Positions 8,642 through 18,636 of a stretch of DNA of 64,000 nucleotides are shown piece by piece (the stretch's first letter is position 1; every line of letters starts with the position of its first letter). Where the stretch lies: positions 2,976,001 to 3,040,000 of the forward strand of contig OY970320.1 of assembly GCA_963716745.1 (NCBI GenBank). Direction: 5' to 3'. Made by a program: the position numbers and the translations under genes. The DNA comes from an uncultured Gemmatimonadaceae bacterium (lineage in GTDB: Bacteria > Gemmatimonadota > Gemmatimonadetes > Gemmatimonadales > Gemmatimonadaceae). The notes beneath the pieces are model-generated. The model searched no databases. It saw nothing but the letters and a program-made list of their open reading frames with translations, and was not told where the DNA came from.

Positions 8642-9598
8642 ATGCGCATTGGGATCGCGGCCGGACTGACTCTCTTCTCTTCGGCTCTCGCCGCGCAGGC
8701 GCCGGTTTGCACGGCGAAGGCGTCGGCGGTGGCGGGTGGGGATACAGCGGTCAGGGTCGCGTCGCTCATGGCGGCGGGGCATGCGGCGTTCGCAAAGCAG
8801 GAATTCCCGGTGGCCGTGGATTCGTTCGAAGCGGCGACCAAGCTCGATCCGAACTACGCGCCGGCGTTCATCTGGTACGGGAACGCGCTCGCGAACGTCG
8901 CCGGGAACGCGTCGACGTTCAGGCAGGCATTCATGGCGCCCAAGATGAAGCACGCATGGGAGCGCGCGGTGCAGCTCGACAGCTGCAACGTGGAGGCGCG
9001 CGAGAGCCTCATCCAGTTCTACGAGCAGGCGCCCGGCATCATGGGCGGCAGCATGGACAAGGCGAAGGCGATGGCGGCCGAGATCAAGGCGATCGATCCG
9101 TACCGCGGCGAGATCCAATCGGGCAACATCGCGCAGCGCGAGAAGAACCTCGCGGCCGCGGCGGCGTCCTTCGAGGCCGCGTCCAAGATGCCCGCCGATT
9201 CGAACGGCCGCGCATGGGGCAGCTGGGTGGTGGTGCTGGAGGAGCAGGAGAACTTCGCCGGCGCGTTCGCCGCGATCGACGCGCGACTCGCCGAGCGGCC
9301 CGGCGATCTGGTGGCGCTCACGCTGCTCGGTCGCGCGGCGGCAATGTCCGGGCAGCGCTTGGCGGAGGGCGCGACCGCGTTGAAGACAGTGATCGCCGAT
9401 TCCGCCGCCGCCGCGTCGCCGCGAACGGGATTCCGATTGTCACCCGCCGGCTTGCACTACCGGCTGGCGATGATCCTCGCGCTGCAGGCGGACACCGTGG
9501 CGGCGCTCGCGGAGTACAAGGCGGCGCTGTCGTTGAATCCGAAGGACAAGAGCATCAAAGAGGCGGCGGAGCAATTCGAGAAGGCGGCGAAACACTAA
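8642..9598 (+). CDS. Secreted tetratricopeptide-repeat protein
   Basis: Signal peptide ending ALA-AQ; TPR-like helices; 'FYEQAPGIMGGSMDKAK'. Confidence 0.75.
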   Translation: MRIGIAAGLTLFSSALAAQAPVCTAKASAVAGGDTAVRVASLMAAGHAAFAKQEFPVAVDSFEAATKLDPNYAPAFIWYGNALANVAGNASTFRQAFMAPKMKHAWERAVQLDSCNVEARESLIQFYEQAPGIMGGSMDKAKAMAAEIKAIDPYRGEIQSGNIAQREKNLAAAAASFEAASKMPADSNGRAWGSWVVVLEEQENFAGAFAAIDARLAERPGDLVALTLLGRAAAMSGQRLAEGATALKTVIADSAAAASPRTGFRLSPAGLHYRLAMILALQADTVAALAEYKAALSLNPKDKSIKEAAEQFEKAAKH

Positions 9599-9691
9599 CT
9601 ACAGACGGCTAGGCGCTAGACCTAGACGTTAGCAACGCACACCGTCACGCTTCTAGTCGTCTACGGTCTGGCGTCGTAGCGTCGTGCAGTT
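9598..9691. repeat. Family C palindromic element between convergent genes
   Basis: actacagac..ctaggcgctagacctagacgttag ... ctagtcgtctacggtctggcgtcgtagcgtcgtgcagt. Confidence 0.8.
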
Positions 9692-9692
9692 C

Positions 9693-10067
9693 TCAGTCCC
9701 CCGTCGGGATGATCTCGCGCCCTTCCACCATGAGCATGATCGTGCGTTGGAGCGCTCTCGTCCTGTGCGCTACCCCGCGCGGAATTACGAATCCCTGCTG
9801 CGGCCCGAGTTCCACGGTGCGTCCTTCGAGATCGATGAGCAGTTTTCCCTCGACCACGTAGAAGAACTCATCGAGATCGTCGTGCTGGTGCCAATGGTAC
9901 TCGCCCTTCACGATCCCCACGCGTACCACGGAATCGTTCACCGCGCAGAGCGTCTGATTGAACCACGGGTGCGTCACCGTGCTCGCGACTTGCTTCAGGT
10001 CGATCGTCTCGAGTGCGTCATACGCGACGTTCAGCCGCGTGTCATAGGGGAAATCTCTGTCAGCCAT
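9693..10067 (-). CDS. Cupin domain protein
   Basis: GEYHWHQHDDLDEFFYVVEG ... VIPRGVAHRT cupin motifs. Confidence 0.85.
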   Translation of the reverse strand: MADRDFPYDTRLNVAYDALETIDLKQVASTVTHPWFNQTLCAVNDSVVRVGIVKGEYHWHQHDDLDEFFYVVEGKLLIDLEGRTVELGPQQGFVIPRGVAHRTRALQRTIMLMVEGREIIPTGD

Positions 10068-10491
10068 TCGCGAGTCCCTCTTTGGTGAAGAGCGGTCCGA
10101 TCGTGCTCCCCTCGGCCACGGCCTTCAGCCGGTACAGCAACGCCCCCCACGCCGAGTTGCACGAGACGAAATAGGGCGTCGCCTCGCGCCAACCCTCGTG
10201 GAGGAATCGCACGTCCGTCTTGTCACCGTGCGAAGCGAGATAGAACACGAGCCGCGTGGACGCCCATTCCTTCCCGGTCTCGCAGAGCCACGACGCGGTG
10301 GCCGGCGGCGCGAACGTGAGCGAGCGAAGACGGTACACGCTCGTGCGATTGAAGAACGCGAGCTCGACGCCGGCTTCCACTTGCACGACGTCCTCCGCCC
10401 ACCATTTGGCGAGGCCCTCCGCCGTGGAGACGAGCGGGTAGATCACCTTCGGCTTCGCGAAGATCTCGATGCTGTGGATGAGTTCGGGCAT
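10060..10491 (-). CDS. SRPBCC/START-like (AHSA1) domain protein
   Basis: STAEGLAKWW, TDVRFLHEGW, CNSAWGALLYRLKAVAE; start at ATG 10491. Confidence 0.8.
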   Translation of the reverse strand: MPELIHSIEIFAKPKVIYPLVSTAEGLAKWWAEDVVQVEAGVELAFFNRTSVYRLRSLTFAPPATASWLCETGKEWASTRLVFYLASHGDKTDVRFLHEGWREATPYFVSCNSAWGALLYRLKAVAEGSTIGPLFTKEGLANG

Positions 10492-10520
10492 CCCAGGCCC
10501 CGTGCGTTCGAGTGCCAATG

Positions 10521-10594
10521 AACCGTACGTCGCAACGGCGTGCGTCGCAACCCGAACGCCGCTTCGAGGTTCGACTCACGGAGTTCGGGGTTCC
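10521..10594. repeat. Family A degenerate element, copy 3
   Basis: gcgtcgcaacccgaacgccg ... gactcacggagttcggggtt share the family A units. Confidence 0.6.
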
Positions 10595-10625
10595 AGATGC
10601 ACTCGTAGGTGGCGAGATTCATAGA

Positions 10626-11876
10626 GTGCAGATCGAACTCCTCACCATCGGCGATGAGTTGTTATTGGGTTTCACCCTCGACACGAATGCCGCGCACATC
10701 GCGCGCGCGCTCGCGGCGCTCGGTGTCTCCATCGTCCGCCGCGGCACGGTGGGCGACGATGCCGAGCAGATCGCCGCCGCGGTGAGAGAGGCCCTCGATC
10801 GCACCGGCGCCGTGATCACCACCGGCGGACTCGGCCCCACCGCCGATGACCGCACGCGCGACGTGATCGCGGCCGTCTTCGGCCGCAAGCTCGTGCGCGA
10901 TGATGCGATCCTGGCCGATGTGCAGGCGCGCTTCGGCAAGCTCGGTGTGAAGATGCCGGCGAGCAACGTGAGCCAAGCGATGATCCCTGAAGGCGCGCGC
11001 GTGCTCACGAATCGCCATGGCACCGCGCCGGGCCTTTGGCTCACCGACGAGCGCGGCCGCTGGTGCGCGATGCTCCCCGGCGTCCCGCGCGAGATGCGCG
11101 GCATGCTCAAGGAAGAATTGCTCCCGATCGTCGCCGGCCTGGTAGGCAAGGATCCCACGGTGGTCGTCTCGCGCACGTTGCGCACGACGGGGATCGGCGA
11201 ATCGGCCCTGGCCGAATTGCTCGGCGAGCTCGCGAAGGGCGTCGATGGCCTCCCGTTAGCATTCTTACCCGCGTGGCCCGGTGTGGATCTCCGCCTCACG
11301 AGCGCCGAGCGCCTGGCGCCCGCCGCCGAGTCCTGCCTCACGGCCGCCATAGCGAAACTTCGCGCCCTCGCGGCTCGCTATGTGTATGGCGAGGACGAGA
11401 CCGACCTCGCCGCGGTGGTGCTGCAGCTGTGCCGCGAGCGAAAATTGCGTGTCGCCGTTGCCGAGAGTTGCACGGGCGGGCTCGTAGGCGCGCGGCTCAC
11501 CGCGATCGCGGGATCGAGCGACGCGTTCGTGGGCGGAGTGATCGCGTACTCCGACGCCGTCAAGAGCGGCTGGCTGGGCGTTCGTGCCGAGTCGTTGCGC
11601 GAGCACGGTGCGGTGAGCGAACCGGTCGTGCGCGAAATGGCGGAAGGCGTGTGCAAGGAGTTCGGTGTGGACGTCGGGATCGCGATCACAGGCATCGCGG
11701 GACCCGGCGGCGGGACGGCCGAGAAACCCGTGGGCACGGTGTGGATCGCCGCTCGCGTGAACGGCACGACGCAATCGATCGGCCGGAAATTCCTCGGCGA
11801 CCGCGAGGAGATCCGCCTGCGGTCGAGCCAGGCCGCGCTCGATATGGTGCGGCGCGCGCTGTCACCGCAGATTTAA
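10626..11876 (+). CDS. cinA: Competence/damage-inducible protein CinA (NMN deamidase fusion)
   Basis: IGDELLLG..DTNA, TGGLGPTADD, N.HGTAPG, LPGVPREM, AVAESCTGG, GIAGPGGG; GTG start. Confidence 0.93.
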   Translation: MQIELLTIGDELLLGFTLDTNAAHIARALAALGVSIVRRGTVGDDAEQIAAAVREALDRTGAVITTGGLGPTADDRTRDVIAAVFGRKLVRDDAILADVQARFGKLGVKMPASNVSQAMIPEGARVLTNRHGTAPGLWLTDERGRWCAMLPGVPREMRGMLKEELLPIVAGLVGKDPTVVVSRTLRTTGIGESALAELLGELAKGVDGLPLAFLPAWPGVDLRLTSAERLAPAAESCLTAAIAKLRALAARYVYGEDETDLAAVVLQLCRERKLRVAVAESCTGGLVGARLTAIAGSSDAFVGGVIAYSDAVKSGWLGVRAESLREHGAVSEPVVREMAEGVCKEFGVDVGIAITGIAGPGGGTAEKPVGTVWIAARVNGTTQSIGRKFLGDREEIRLRSSQAALDMVRRALSPQI

Positions 11877-11904
11877 CGAGACTTCTTTCTCCAATGTGAA
11901 TAGC

Positions 11905-12483
11905 ATGTCGAAGAAGCATCGCAATCTTGATCAGCAGGTCGACGCCGAGGCGCCGCCGCCCGTGGCCGATGTCTTTCCCGCCGAGCTCCAGGCGGACGGA
12001 GTCGACGACGTACCGCCCTCCAGCGCCGAGCGCCCAGCGCCGAGCGCCGCTGTTGAGGCTCCGGATGACCGCTACCTGCGCCTCGCCGCCGAGTACGACA
12101 ATTTCCGCAAGCGCACCGCCAAGGAGCGCATGGAGATGTCGCCGCGCGCGCAGGCAGAGTTGCTCAAGCGGCTCATCGATCCACTCGACGATCTCGCGCG
12201 CGTGATCGCGCAGGGGCCCGGCGCGCGTGACGCGAAAACCGTGCTCGATGCGGTGGAGGTCGTGGACAAGAAGATGATGAAAGCGCTGGCCGATGCCGGC
12301 CTCGAGGTGCTCAATCCCGTCGGCGCGCCGTTCGATCCGGAGAAGCACGAAGCGGTCTCTACGGCGCCCGCGGCGTCGCCGGAGGAAGATCACACGGTGG
12401 CGCAGGTATTCCAGCCCGGCTACGTCTTCCACGGCCAGCTGCTGCGCCCGGCGCGCGTGGTCGTGAAGCAGTGGAACGGCTGA
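11905..12483 (+). CDS. grpE: Nucleotide exchange factor GrpE
   Basis: [39 protein letters not shown]. Confidence 0.95.
   Translation: MSKKHRNLDQQVDAEAPPPVADVFPAELQADGVDDVPPSSAERPAPSAAVEAPDDRYLRLAAEYDNFRKRTAKERMEMSPRAQAELLKRLIDPLDDLARVIAQGPGARDAKTVLDAVEVVDKKMMKALADAGLEVLNPVGAPFDPEKHEAVSTAPAASPEEDHTVAQVFQPGYVFHGQLLRPARVVVKQWNG
12021..12048. repeat. Family F heptamer array in frame in the GrpE N-terminal tail
   Basis: cagcgcc gagcgcc cagcgcc gagcgcc (reverse complement of GGCGCTS units). Confidence 0.55.
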
Positions 12484-12496
12484 GCGGCGCATAACG

Positions 12497-13622
12497 ATGG
12501 CCCAGGGCAAGGATTTCTACGCCGTGCTCGGCGTGACCGCGACCGCGAGCGCCGACGAGATCAAGAAGCAGTACCGGCGGCTCGCGAAGAAGCATCATCC
12601 GGATGCCAACAAGAGCGATCCGAAGGCCGCGGAGAAGTTCAAGGAGATCTCCGAGGCGTACGCCGTGCTCGGCGACGCGAAGAAGCGCGCGCAGTACGAC
12701 GAGATGCGGCGGCTCGGCGCGTTCGATGGTTTCTCGCGCGGCGGCGGCAGCAGCCGGCCGCCGGGTGGGGGCCCGCGTCCGCAGCCGGGCGCGAGTTCGT
12801 TCGACGACGTGGACATTGGCGGCTTCGGCGGACTCGGCGATCTGTTCAGTTCGATGTTCGGCGGCGGGAGCCGCGGCGGCGCGCGCGCGCGCGGCCCCGA
12901 GCGCGGGCAGAACGTCGAGGTGAACGTCGAGATCCCGTTCCGTATCGCGGCCCTGGGCGGCACCGTGCCGATCTCGCTCGAGATGAACGAGGAGTGCGAC
13001 ACGTGTCACGGCAGCGGCGCGGCGCCAGGCGCGAAGATGAGCACGTGCCCCGAGTGCAATGGACGCGGCACCATTCTCGTTCGGTCAGGGTGGATTCGCG
13101 GTGAACCGGCCGTGCCCCCGCTGTCTGGGCAGAGGCCAGGTGCCGAGCGAGGCGTGCAAGACGTGCGGCGGAAGCGGCGAAGTGCGCGCGAAGAAAACGA
13201 TCAAGGTCGCGGTGCCGCCGGGCGCCGACAGCGGCATGAAGATCAGGCTCGCGGGGCAGGGCGGCCGCGGGAACGCGGGCGGGCCGGCGGGTGATATGTT
13301 CGTGAATCTCACCGTGCAGCCGGACCGGTTCTACAAGCGCGAGGCGCTCGATCTCATCGCGACCGTGCCGCTGAACATCGCGCAAGCGACGCTCGGATCG
13401 AAGGTGAGCGTGAAGACGCTGCACGCGAAGAAGGTGACGATCAAGATCCCGCCCGGCACGCCGGCAGGAAAGCGGTTTAGGGTGCGAGGGCAGGGGATCG
13501 AGCACAATGGGGTGATGGGGGATCTCATCGTGGAAGTCAGGATCATCGTGCCGGAGAAGCTCTCGCCGGAGCAGGAGAAGCTCATGCAGGAGTTCGCAGC
13601 CGCCGGCGGGCTCAAGTACTAG
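12497..13622 (+). CDS. dnaJ: Molecular chaperone DnaJ (apparent +1 frameshift near 13075)
   Basis: J domain with HPD, G/F region, four CxxCxGxG repeats split across ORFs 12497..13294 and 13059..13622; removing one base in 'accattctcg' restores TISFGQGGF. Confidence 0.93.
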
Positions 13623-13633
13623 AGGCGTTAGTC

Positions 13634-13772
13634 GAACCGCTGACGGCGGGGTTGGTACCGCTGACGGCGCGTAGCGTTGGCGTTGGGTACTGCGAAACCT
13701 GAGTAGGGCGCGCCTCCCAACGCCAACGCTACGTACGCCCCTCGCGGTACCGGCCCCGCCGTCTGCGGTACG
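13634..13772. repeat. Family B roughly 140-bp palindromic element, copy 1
   Basis: gaaccgctgacggcggggttggtaccgctgacggcgcgtagcgttggcgttggg - loop - cccaacgccaacgctacg...cgcggtaccggccccgccgtctgcggtac. Confidence 0.9.
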
Positions 13773-13812
13773 CGGTTCTATCGGAGCTAGTCTGGTGCGA
13801 TAGATTGTAGCC

Positions 13813-14838
13813 ATGGATCGTGCGAAGCGTCACACCGCTGAGCGCCGTGTAGCTCCCGCCGCGGCCCGCGTGCTCGTCCTGAAGGACGCCGACGCGCGGA
13901 ATCCGGGTGTGCCGCTCGATCTCGACATCATCAATGCGATCCGCGTGAACCGGAGCGCGGTGGAGCGCCGAGCGGCGACGATCCCCACCCGGCGCACGGT
14001 GAAGAAGGATTGGCAGGCGGCTTGGCTGCTGCGTGCCATCACGCTCATCGATCTCACCACCCTCGCGGGCGACGACACGCCGAGCAATGTGCGGCGTCTG
14101 TGCGCGAAGGCGCGCGAACCGGTGCGCGACGACATCCTGAACGCCCTCGGCGCGATGCATCTCGGGATCACCGTGGCGGCGGTGTGCGTGTATCACGAGC
14201 TGGTGGGCGTCGCGGTCGCCGCGCTCACCGGCAGCGACATTCCGGTCGCGGCGGTGAGCGCGGGGTTCCCGGCGGGGTTGAGTCCCTTCAGTACGCGCCT
14301 CGCGGAGATCAAGGCGAGCGTCGCGGCGGGCGCCCAGGAGATCGACATCGTGATCACGCGCGCGCATGTGCTCACGGGCGACTGGGACTCATTGTACGAT
14401 GAGGTGCGCACGTTCCGCGACGCCTGCGGCGATGCGCACCTCAAGGCGATCCTCGCCACGGGCGAACTCGCGACGCTCACGAATGTCGCGCGCGCGAGCC
14501 GAGTGGCGATGATGGCGGGCGCCGACTTCATCAAGACGAGCACCGGCAAGGAGAGCGTGAATGCGACGCTGCCCTTCGGCGTCGTGATGGCGCGCCAGAT
14601 CCGCGAGTATCACGAGAGCACGGGCGTCGCCGTGGGCTTCAAGCCGGCAGGCGGGATCCGCACGGCCAAGAACGCGACGGACTGGATGATCCTCATGAAG
14701 GAAGAGCTCGGCGACGAATGGCTGCGCCCTAAATTGTTCCGTCTGGGTGCCAGTTCGCTGCTCACCGACATCGAACGTCAGCTCGAGCACGCGGCCACGG
14801 GGCGCTACGCCGCCGCGTATCGCATGCCAATGGTCTGA
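13813..14838 (+). CDS. deoC: Deoxyribose-phosphate aldolase (long type)
   Basis: IDLTTLAGDDT, EIDIVI, HLKAILATGEL, ADFIKTSTGKE, GFKPAGGI, FRLGASSLL. Confidence 0.95.
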   Translation: MDRAKRHTAERRVAPAAARVLVLKDADARNPGVPLDLDIINAIRVNRSAVERRAATIPTRRTVKKDWQAAWLLRAITLIDLTTLAGDDTPSNVRRLCAKAREPVRDDILNALGAMHLGITVAAVCVYHELVGVAVAALTGSDIPVAAVSAGFPAGLSPFSTRLAEIKASVAAGAQEIDIVITRAHVLTGDWDSLYDEVRTFRDACGDAHLKAILATGELATLTNVARASRVAMMAGADFIKTSTGKESVNATLPFGVVMARQIREYHESTGVAVGFKPAGGIRTAKNATDWMILMKEELGDEWLRPKLFRLGASSLLTDIERQLEHAATGRYAAAYRMPMV

Positions 14839-14866
14839 CCGTGACATCACTCCGGAGAGTGCGCGC

Positions 14867-17224
14867 ATGACCGTCGCCGAGATCTTCGAGACGATGACCT
14901 ACGGCCCCGCGCCGGAGAGCGCGAAGCCCGCGCTCGACTGGATCGCGGCGCACGGCGGCGAGTTCGGTCATTTCATCGGCGGGAAGTTCACGCGGGCCAA
15001 AGGCGGCAAGCTTTTCGCGACGATGAATCCCGCGACCGGCAAACCGCTCGCGCGCATCGCGCAGGGCACCGCGAGCGACGTGAACGCCGCGGTGAAGGCG
15101 GCTCGCGCGGCGTATCCCGCGTGGAGCAAGCTGCCGGGGCACGAGCGCGCGCGGCATCTGTACGCGCTCGCGCGCGCGGTGCAGAAGAATTCGCGGTTGC
15201 TCGCGGTGCTGGAGAGCCTCGACAACGGCAAGCCGATCCGCGAGACGCGCGACTTGGACATTCCACTCGTGGCCCGGCACTTCTACCACCACGCGGGCTG
15301 GGCGCAGCTCATGGAGAGCGAGTTCGCCGGCTACGGCTCGCTCGGCGTGGTGGGGCAGATCATCCCGTGGAATTTCCCGCTGCTCATGCTCGCGTGGAAG
15401 GTCGCGCCGGCGCTCGCGGCGGGGAACACGAGCGTGCTGAAGCCGGCGGAATTCACGCCGCTCACCGCGCTGTGCTTCGCCGAGCTCGCGGCGCGCGCGG
15501 GGTTGCCGCCGGGCGTGCTCAACATCGTGACCGGCGACGGTGAGACCGGCGCCGCGCTGGTTGACGCGGATGTCGACAAGATCGCGTTCACGGGTTCCAC
15601 CGAGGTGGGCCGCGTGATCCGGCGCGCGACCGCTGGGTCGGGCAAGAAGCTCTCGCTCGAGCTGGGCGGCAAGAGTCCGTTCATCGTGTTCGAGGATGCG
15701 GATCTCGATAGCGTCGTCGAGGGCGTGGTGGATGCGATCTGGTTCAACCAGGGGCAGGTGTGCTGCGCCGGCTCGCGGCTGCTCGTGCAAGAAGGGATCG
15801 CCGAGCGTCTCACCGACAAGCTGCGCGCGCGCATGGAGAAACTCCGCGTCGGCTCGCCGCTGGACAAAGCGGTGGACATGGGCGCGATCGTGGCGCCGGT
15901 GCAGTTGGAGCGCATTCGCACTCTGGTCGCGAAGGGCATCGAGGAAGGCGCCGAGATGTGGCAGCCGAGCTGGGCGGTGCCCAAGGAGGGCAGCTTCTAT
16001 CCGCCGACGCTGTTCACCGAGGTCGCGCCGAGCAGCACGATCGCGCAGGTGGAGATCTTCGGTCCCGTGCTCGTGAGCATGACGTTCCGCACGCCCGAGG
16101 AAGCGGTCGCCCTCGCGAACAACACGCCATTCGGCCTCGCGTCCAGCGTGTGGACCGAGAACATCAATCTCGCGCTCGACATCGCGCCGAAGATCAAAGC
16201 GGGTGTCGTCTGGGTGAACTGCACGAACATGTTCGACGCTGCTGCGGGATTCGGTGGGTATCGGGAGTCGGGATTCGGGCGGGAAGGTGGGCGCGAGGGG
16301 ATGTACGAATACGTGAAGCAAGAGCGGGCTGTCGGCCGTCGGCTGTCGCCTGCCAAACGCCTGCCTGCGACAGCCGACAGCCGACAGCCCGCCGTCGACC
16401 GCACTCCGAAGCTCTTCATCGGCGGCAAGCAGGCTCGCCCGGACTCGGGTTATTCGCGGATCGTGAAGGGCGCGGGCGGTCGCGCGATCGGCGAAGTCGG
16501 AGAGGGCAACCGGAAGGATATTCGGAACGCCGTGGAGGCCGCGCATGCGGCCAGCGGTGCGTGGGCGCGCGCCACCGGGCATGCGCGGGCGCAGATCTTG
16601 TACTACATCGCCGAGAATCTCTCCGTGCGCGCAGGAGAATTCGCAGCGCGGATCGAGCAGATGACGGGGAAGGGCGGGGGCGCGGCCGAGGTCGAGGCGA
16701 GCATTGCGCGGCTGTTCACGTATGCCGCGTGGGCCGACAAGTGGGATGGCGCCGTGCATTCCGTACCGATCCGCGGCGTGGCGATGGCGATGAACGAGCC
16801 GATCGGCGTGATCGGTGTTGGCGCGCCGGAGCTCCCTCCCCTCCTGGGCTTCATCTCTCTCGTTGCGCCGCTCGTGGCGACCGGCAACACGGTGGTCGCC
16901 GTGCCGAGCGAGGAATATCCGCTGGCCGCGACGGACTTCTATTCGGTGCTAGAGACCAGCGACGTGCCGGCGGGCGTCATTAACATCGTGACCGGCGCGA
17001 AGGACGCGCTGAGTTTCGTGCTGGCCGAGCACGATGATGTGGACGGCGTGTGGTACCGGGGAACTCGCGATGGCGCGACCGCGATCGAGAAGGCGAGCGC
17101 ATCGAACATGAAACGCACGTCTTGCGAATGGAAGCCGCGCGACTGGACGAACGACGGCGAAGGGCGGGAGTTCCTGCGAAGTGCGACGCAGGTGAAGAAT
17201 ATTTGGATTCCGTATGGGGAGTAA
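14867..17224 (+). CDS. ALDH16-type aldehyde dehydrogenase (full ALDH plus second NAD-binding domain)
   Basis: IIPWNFP, FTGSTEVG, LELGGKSP, FNQGQVCCAG, EIFGPV, then a second 'KLFIGGKQARPDSG' domain ending QVKNIWIPYGE. Confidence 0.9.
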   Translation: MTVAEIFETMTYGPAPESAKPALDWIAAHGGEFGHFIGGKFTRAKGGKLFATMNPATGKPLARIAQGTASDVNAAVKAARAAYPAWSKLPGHERARHLYALARAVQKNSRLLAVLESLDNGKPIRETRDLDIPLVARHFYHHAGWAQLMESEFAGYGSLGVVGQIIPWNFPLLMLAWKVAPALAAGNTSVLKPAEFTPLTALCFAELAARAGLPPGVLNIVTGDGETGAALVDADVDKIAFTGSTEVGRVIRRATAGSGKKLSLELGGKSPFIVFEDADLDSVVEGVVDAIWFNQGQVCCAGSRLLVQEGIAERLTDKLRARMEKLRVGSPLDKAVDMGAIVAPVQLERIRTLVAKGIEEGAEMWQPSWAVPKEGSFYPPTLFTEVAPSSTIAQVEIFGPVLVSMTFRTPEEAVALANNTPFGLASSVWTENINLALDIAPKIKAGVVWVNCTNMFDAAAGFGGYRESGFGREGGREGMYEYVKQERAVGRRLSPAKRLPATADSRQPAVDRTPKLFIGGKQARPDSGYSRIVKGAGGRAIGEVGEGNRKDIRNAVEAAHAASGAWARATGHARAQILYYIAENLSVRAGEFAARIEQMTGKGGGAAEVEASIARLFTYAAWADKWDGAVHSVPIRGVAMAMNEPIGVIGVGAPELPPLLGFISLVAPLVATGNTVVAVPSEEYPLAATDFYSVLETSDVPAGVINIVTGAKDALSFVLAEHDDVDGVWYRGTRDGATAIEKASASNMKRTSCEWKPRDWTNDGEGREFLRSATQVKNIWIPYGE
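16324..16392. repeat. Family E palindrome (CCGACAG units) in frame in the ALDH16 interdomain linker
   Basis: 26-bp arms gcgggctgtcggccgtcggctgtcgc / gcgacagccgacagccgacagcccgc with one mismatch. Confidence 0.85.
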
Positions 17225-17226
17225 CT

Positions 17227-17341
17227 AACGACGCGGGACTCGGGACTCGGGACTCGCCGCGGGATTCGAAATGCGCGACAGAGGCTCCCCGGCTGTTCAC
17301 GAGTCCCGCGGCGAGTCCCGAGTCCCGAATCCCGCGTCGTT
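17227..17341. repeat. Family D palindromic element, intergenic copy between convergent genes
   Basis: aacgacgcgggactcgggactcgggactcgccgcgggattcg ... cgagtcccgcggcgagtcccgagtcccgaatcccgcgtcgtt. Confidence 0.9.
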
Positions 17342-18636
17342 CAGTGGATCTCCAGCACCATCACCACCGGCCGATGCAGCGCCGCCCCCGGCGTCACGGT
17401 GCCGTCCGGCGCGAAGCGATCCCAGCCCGATGTCGCGATGAAGTAGAACTTGTCGCCCACCATTACACCGTGATTCGGCTCGTTCAGCACGGGGAGATTC
17501 GCGGCAAGCGTCGACCACTTCTCGATCTTGGTCATTCCGCGATCGAGATCCAGCCGGATCACGCGGTCGAGCGGGAGTCCATTCTGGATCGCGATCAATG
17601 AATGCCCCGCCATCGCCATGCCGTCGATGCCGTTGATCGCGGCGTGCGCATCGTTCTCCAGCCACGTCACCTTGCCGGTCGCGCGATCCACGACGGCGAT
17701 CCCCTTGATATAGTCGGCCACGAAGAGCCGTTTGCCGTCCGCCGCGGCCACGGGCTGCTGTGGGTTCGGGAAGATCCCCGGCGGCACGAGCTGCTCCAAC
17801 GAATCGCGCCCCTCGCGGATCACGTACACGCCGCCGCCGGTCGCGTCGCTCGTGAACACGTCGCCGTTCTTCGCGACGGTGAGATCGCCGAACACATGAT
17901 CGGCGCTGTCGTCCGCCAGATCATAGCTGCGCATGAGCAACCCAGTTGTGAGATTCAGACGCAGCACGGCGCTGCTGCCCGAATCGCCCGGCGCCAGCGC
18001 GAACGCCTCGGGCATGCCGGCGGTGGTGGCCCAGAGCGAGTGCCGCGCAGCATCCACGTCGAGGCCCATCATCGCCATCACGCTGTCGCGCGCCGGCGGA
18101 ACGAAGTCGCTCCACTGCCCGCCTTGCCGCACGATGACCTTCCGTTCGCGAATGCTGCTCAAGAAGAAGCGTCGCGTCGTCGAGTCATACGCAATGTCCT
18201 CGGCGACGAACTCGCTGTCGGGCACCGTGAACGCTGTCACCGGATGGCCCACGGCTTCGCGATTCTTCGCGATGCGCGCGAGCAACTCTTTCCACCCGGG
18301 AGCGCCGCGCACCGGTGCGAGCAATGAATCGGCATCCATATCCTTCACGAGCCCCGTGGCTGCGTACATCTTGAGCCACTTCATCGCGCCCGCCGTGTCA
18401 TGCATCTGCGCATCCGCGCGTGCCTGCGCGATCATGGTACTCGGAAAACCGTTCAGTTCCTTGTAGAGCACCTCGGCGTAGTGCCGGTACGCTTTCCAGT
18501 CGCCGTGCACGCGCGCCGAGTCTCCCGCCGCGCTTCGCTCGCGCCAGGTGGAATCCCCCTGCGCGCTCGCTGATACAACCGCGAGCGCAACACCGAAGGC
18601 GACAGCCGACAGCCGACAGCCGACACTCGAGATCAT
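17341..18636 (-). CDS. Secreted beta-propeller protein (SMP-30/gluconolactonase-like) with an N-terminal helical region
   Basis: Signal peptide ending ASA-Q; blades 'FVAEDIAYD', 'FGDLTVAKNGDVFTSD', 'LFVADYIKGI', 'GIDGM..LIAIQNG'; start ATG 18636 overlaps the kinase stop. Confidence 0.75.
   Translation of the reverse strand: MISSVGCRLSAVAFGVALAVVSASAQGDSTWRERSAAGDSARVHGDWKAYRHYAEVLYKELNGFPSTMIAQARADAQMHDTAGAMKWLKMYAATGLVKDMDADSLLAPVRGAPGWKELLARIAKNREAVGHPVTAFTVPDSEFVAEDIAYDSTTRRFFLSSIRERKVIVRQGGQWSDFVPPARDSVMAMMGLDVDAARHSLWATTAGMPEAFALAPGDSGSSAVLRLNLTTGLLMRSYDLADDSADHVFGDLTVAKNGDVFTSDATGGGVYVIREGRDSLEQLVPPGIFPNPQQPVAAADGKRLFVADYIKGIAVVDRATGKVTWLENDAHAAINGIDGMAMAGHSLIAIQNGLPLDRVIRLDLDRGMTKIEKWSTLAANLPVLNEPNHGVMVGDKFYFIATSGWDRFAPDGTVTPGAALHRPVVMVLEIH
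18599..18625. repeat. Family E heptamer array encoding the signal-peptide n-region
   Basis: gcgacagccgacagccgacagccgaca, read as VGCRLSAVA on the minus strand. Confidence 0.75.

Noticed and set aside
13813..17224. deoC with a two-domain ALDH as a novel system
   Set aside because: The long deoC plus ALDH16-type pairing is a familiar bacterial arrangement; only the repeat in its linker is notable.
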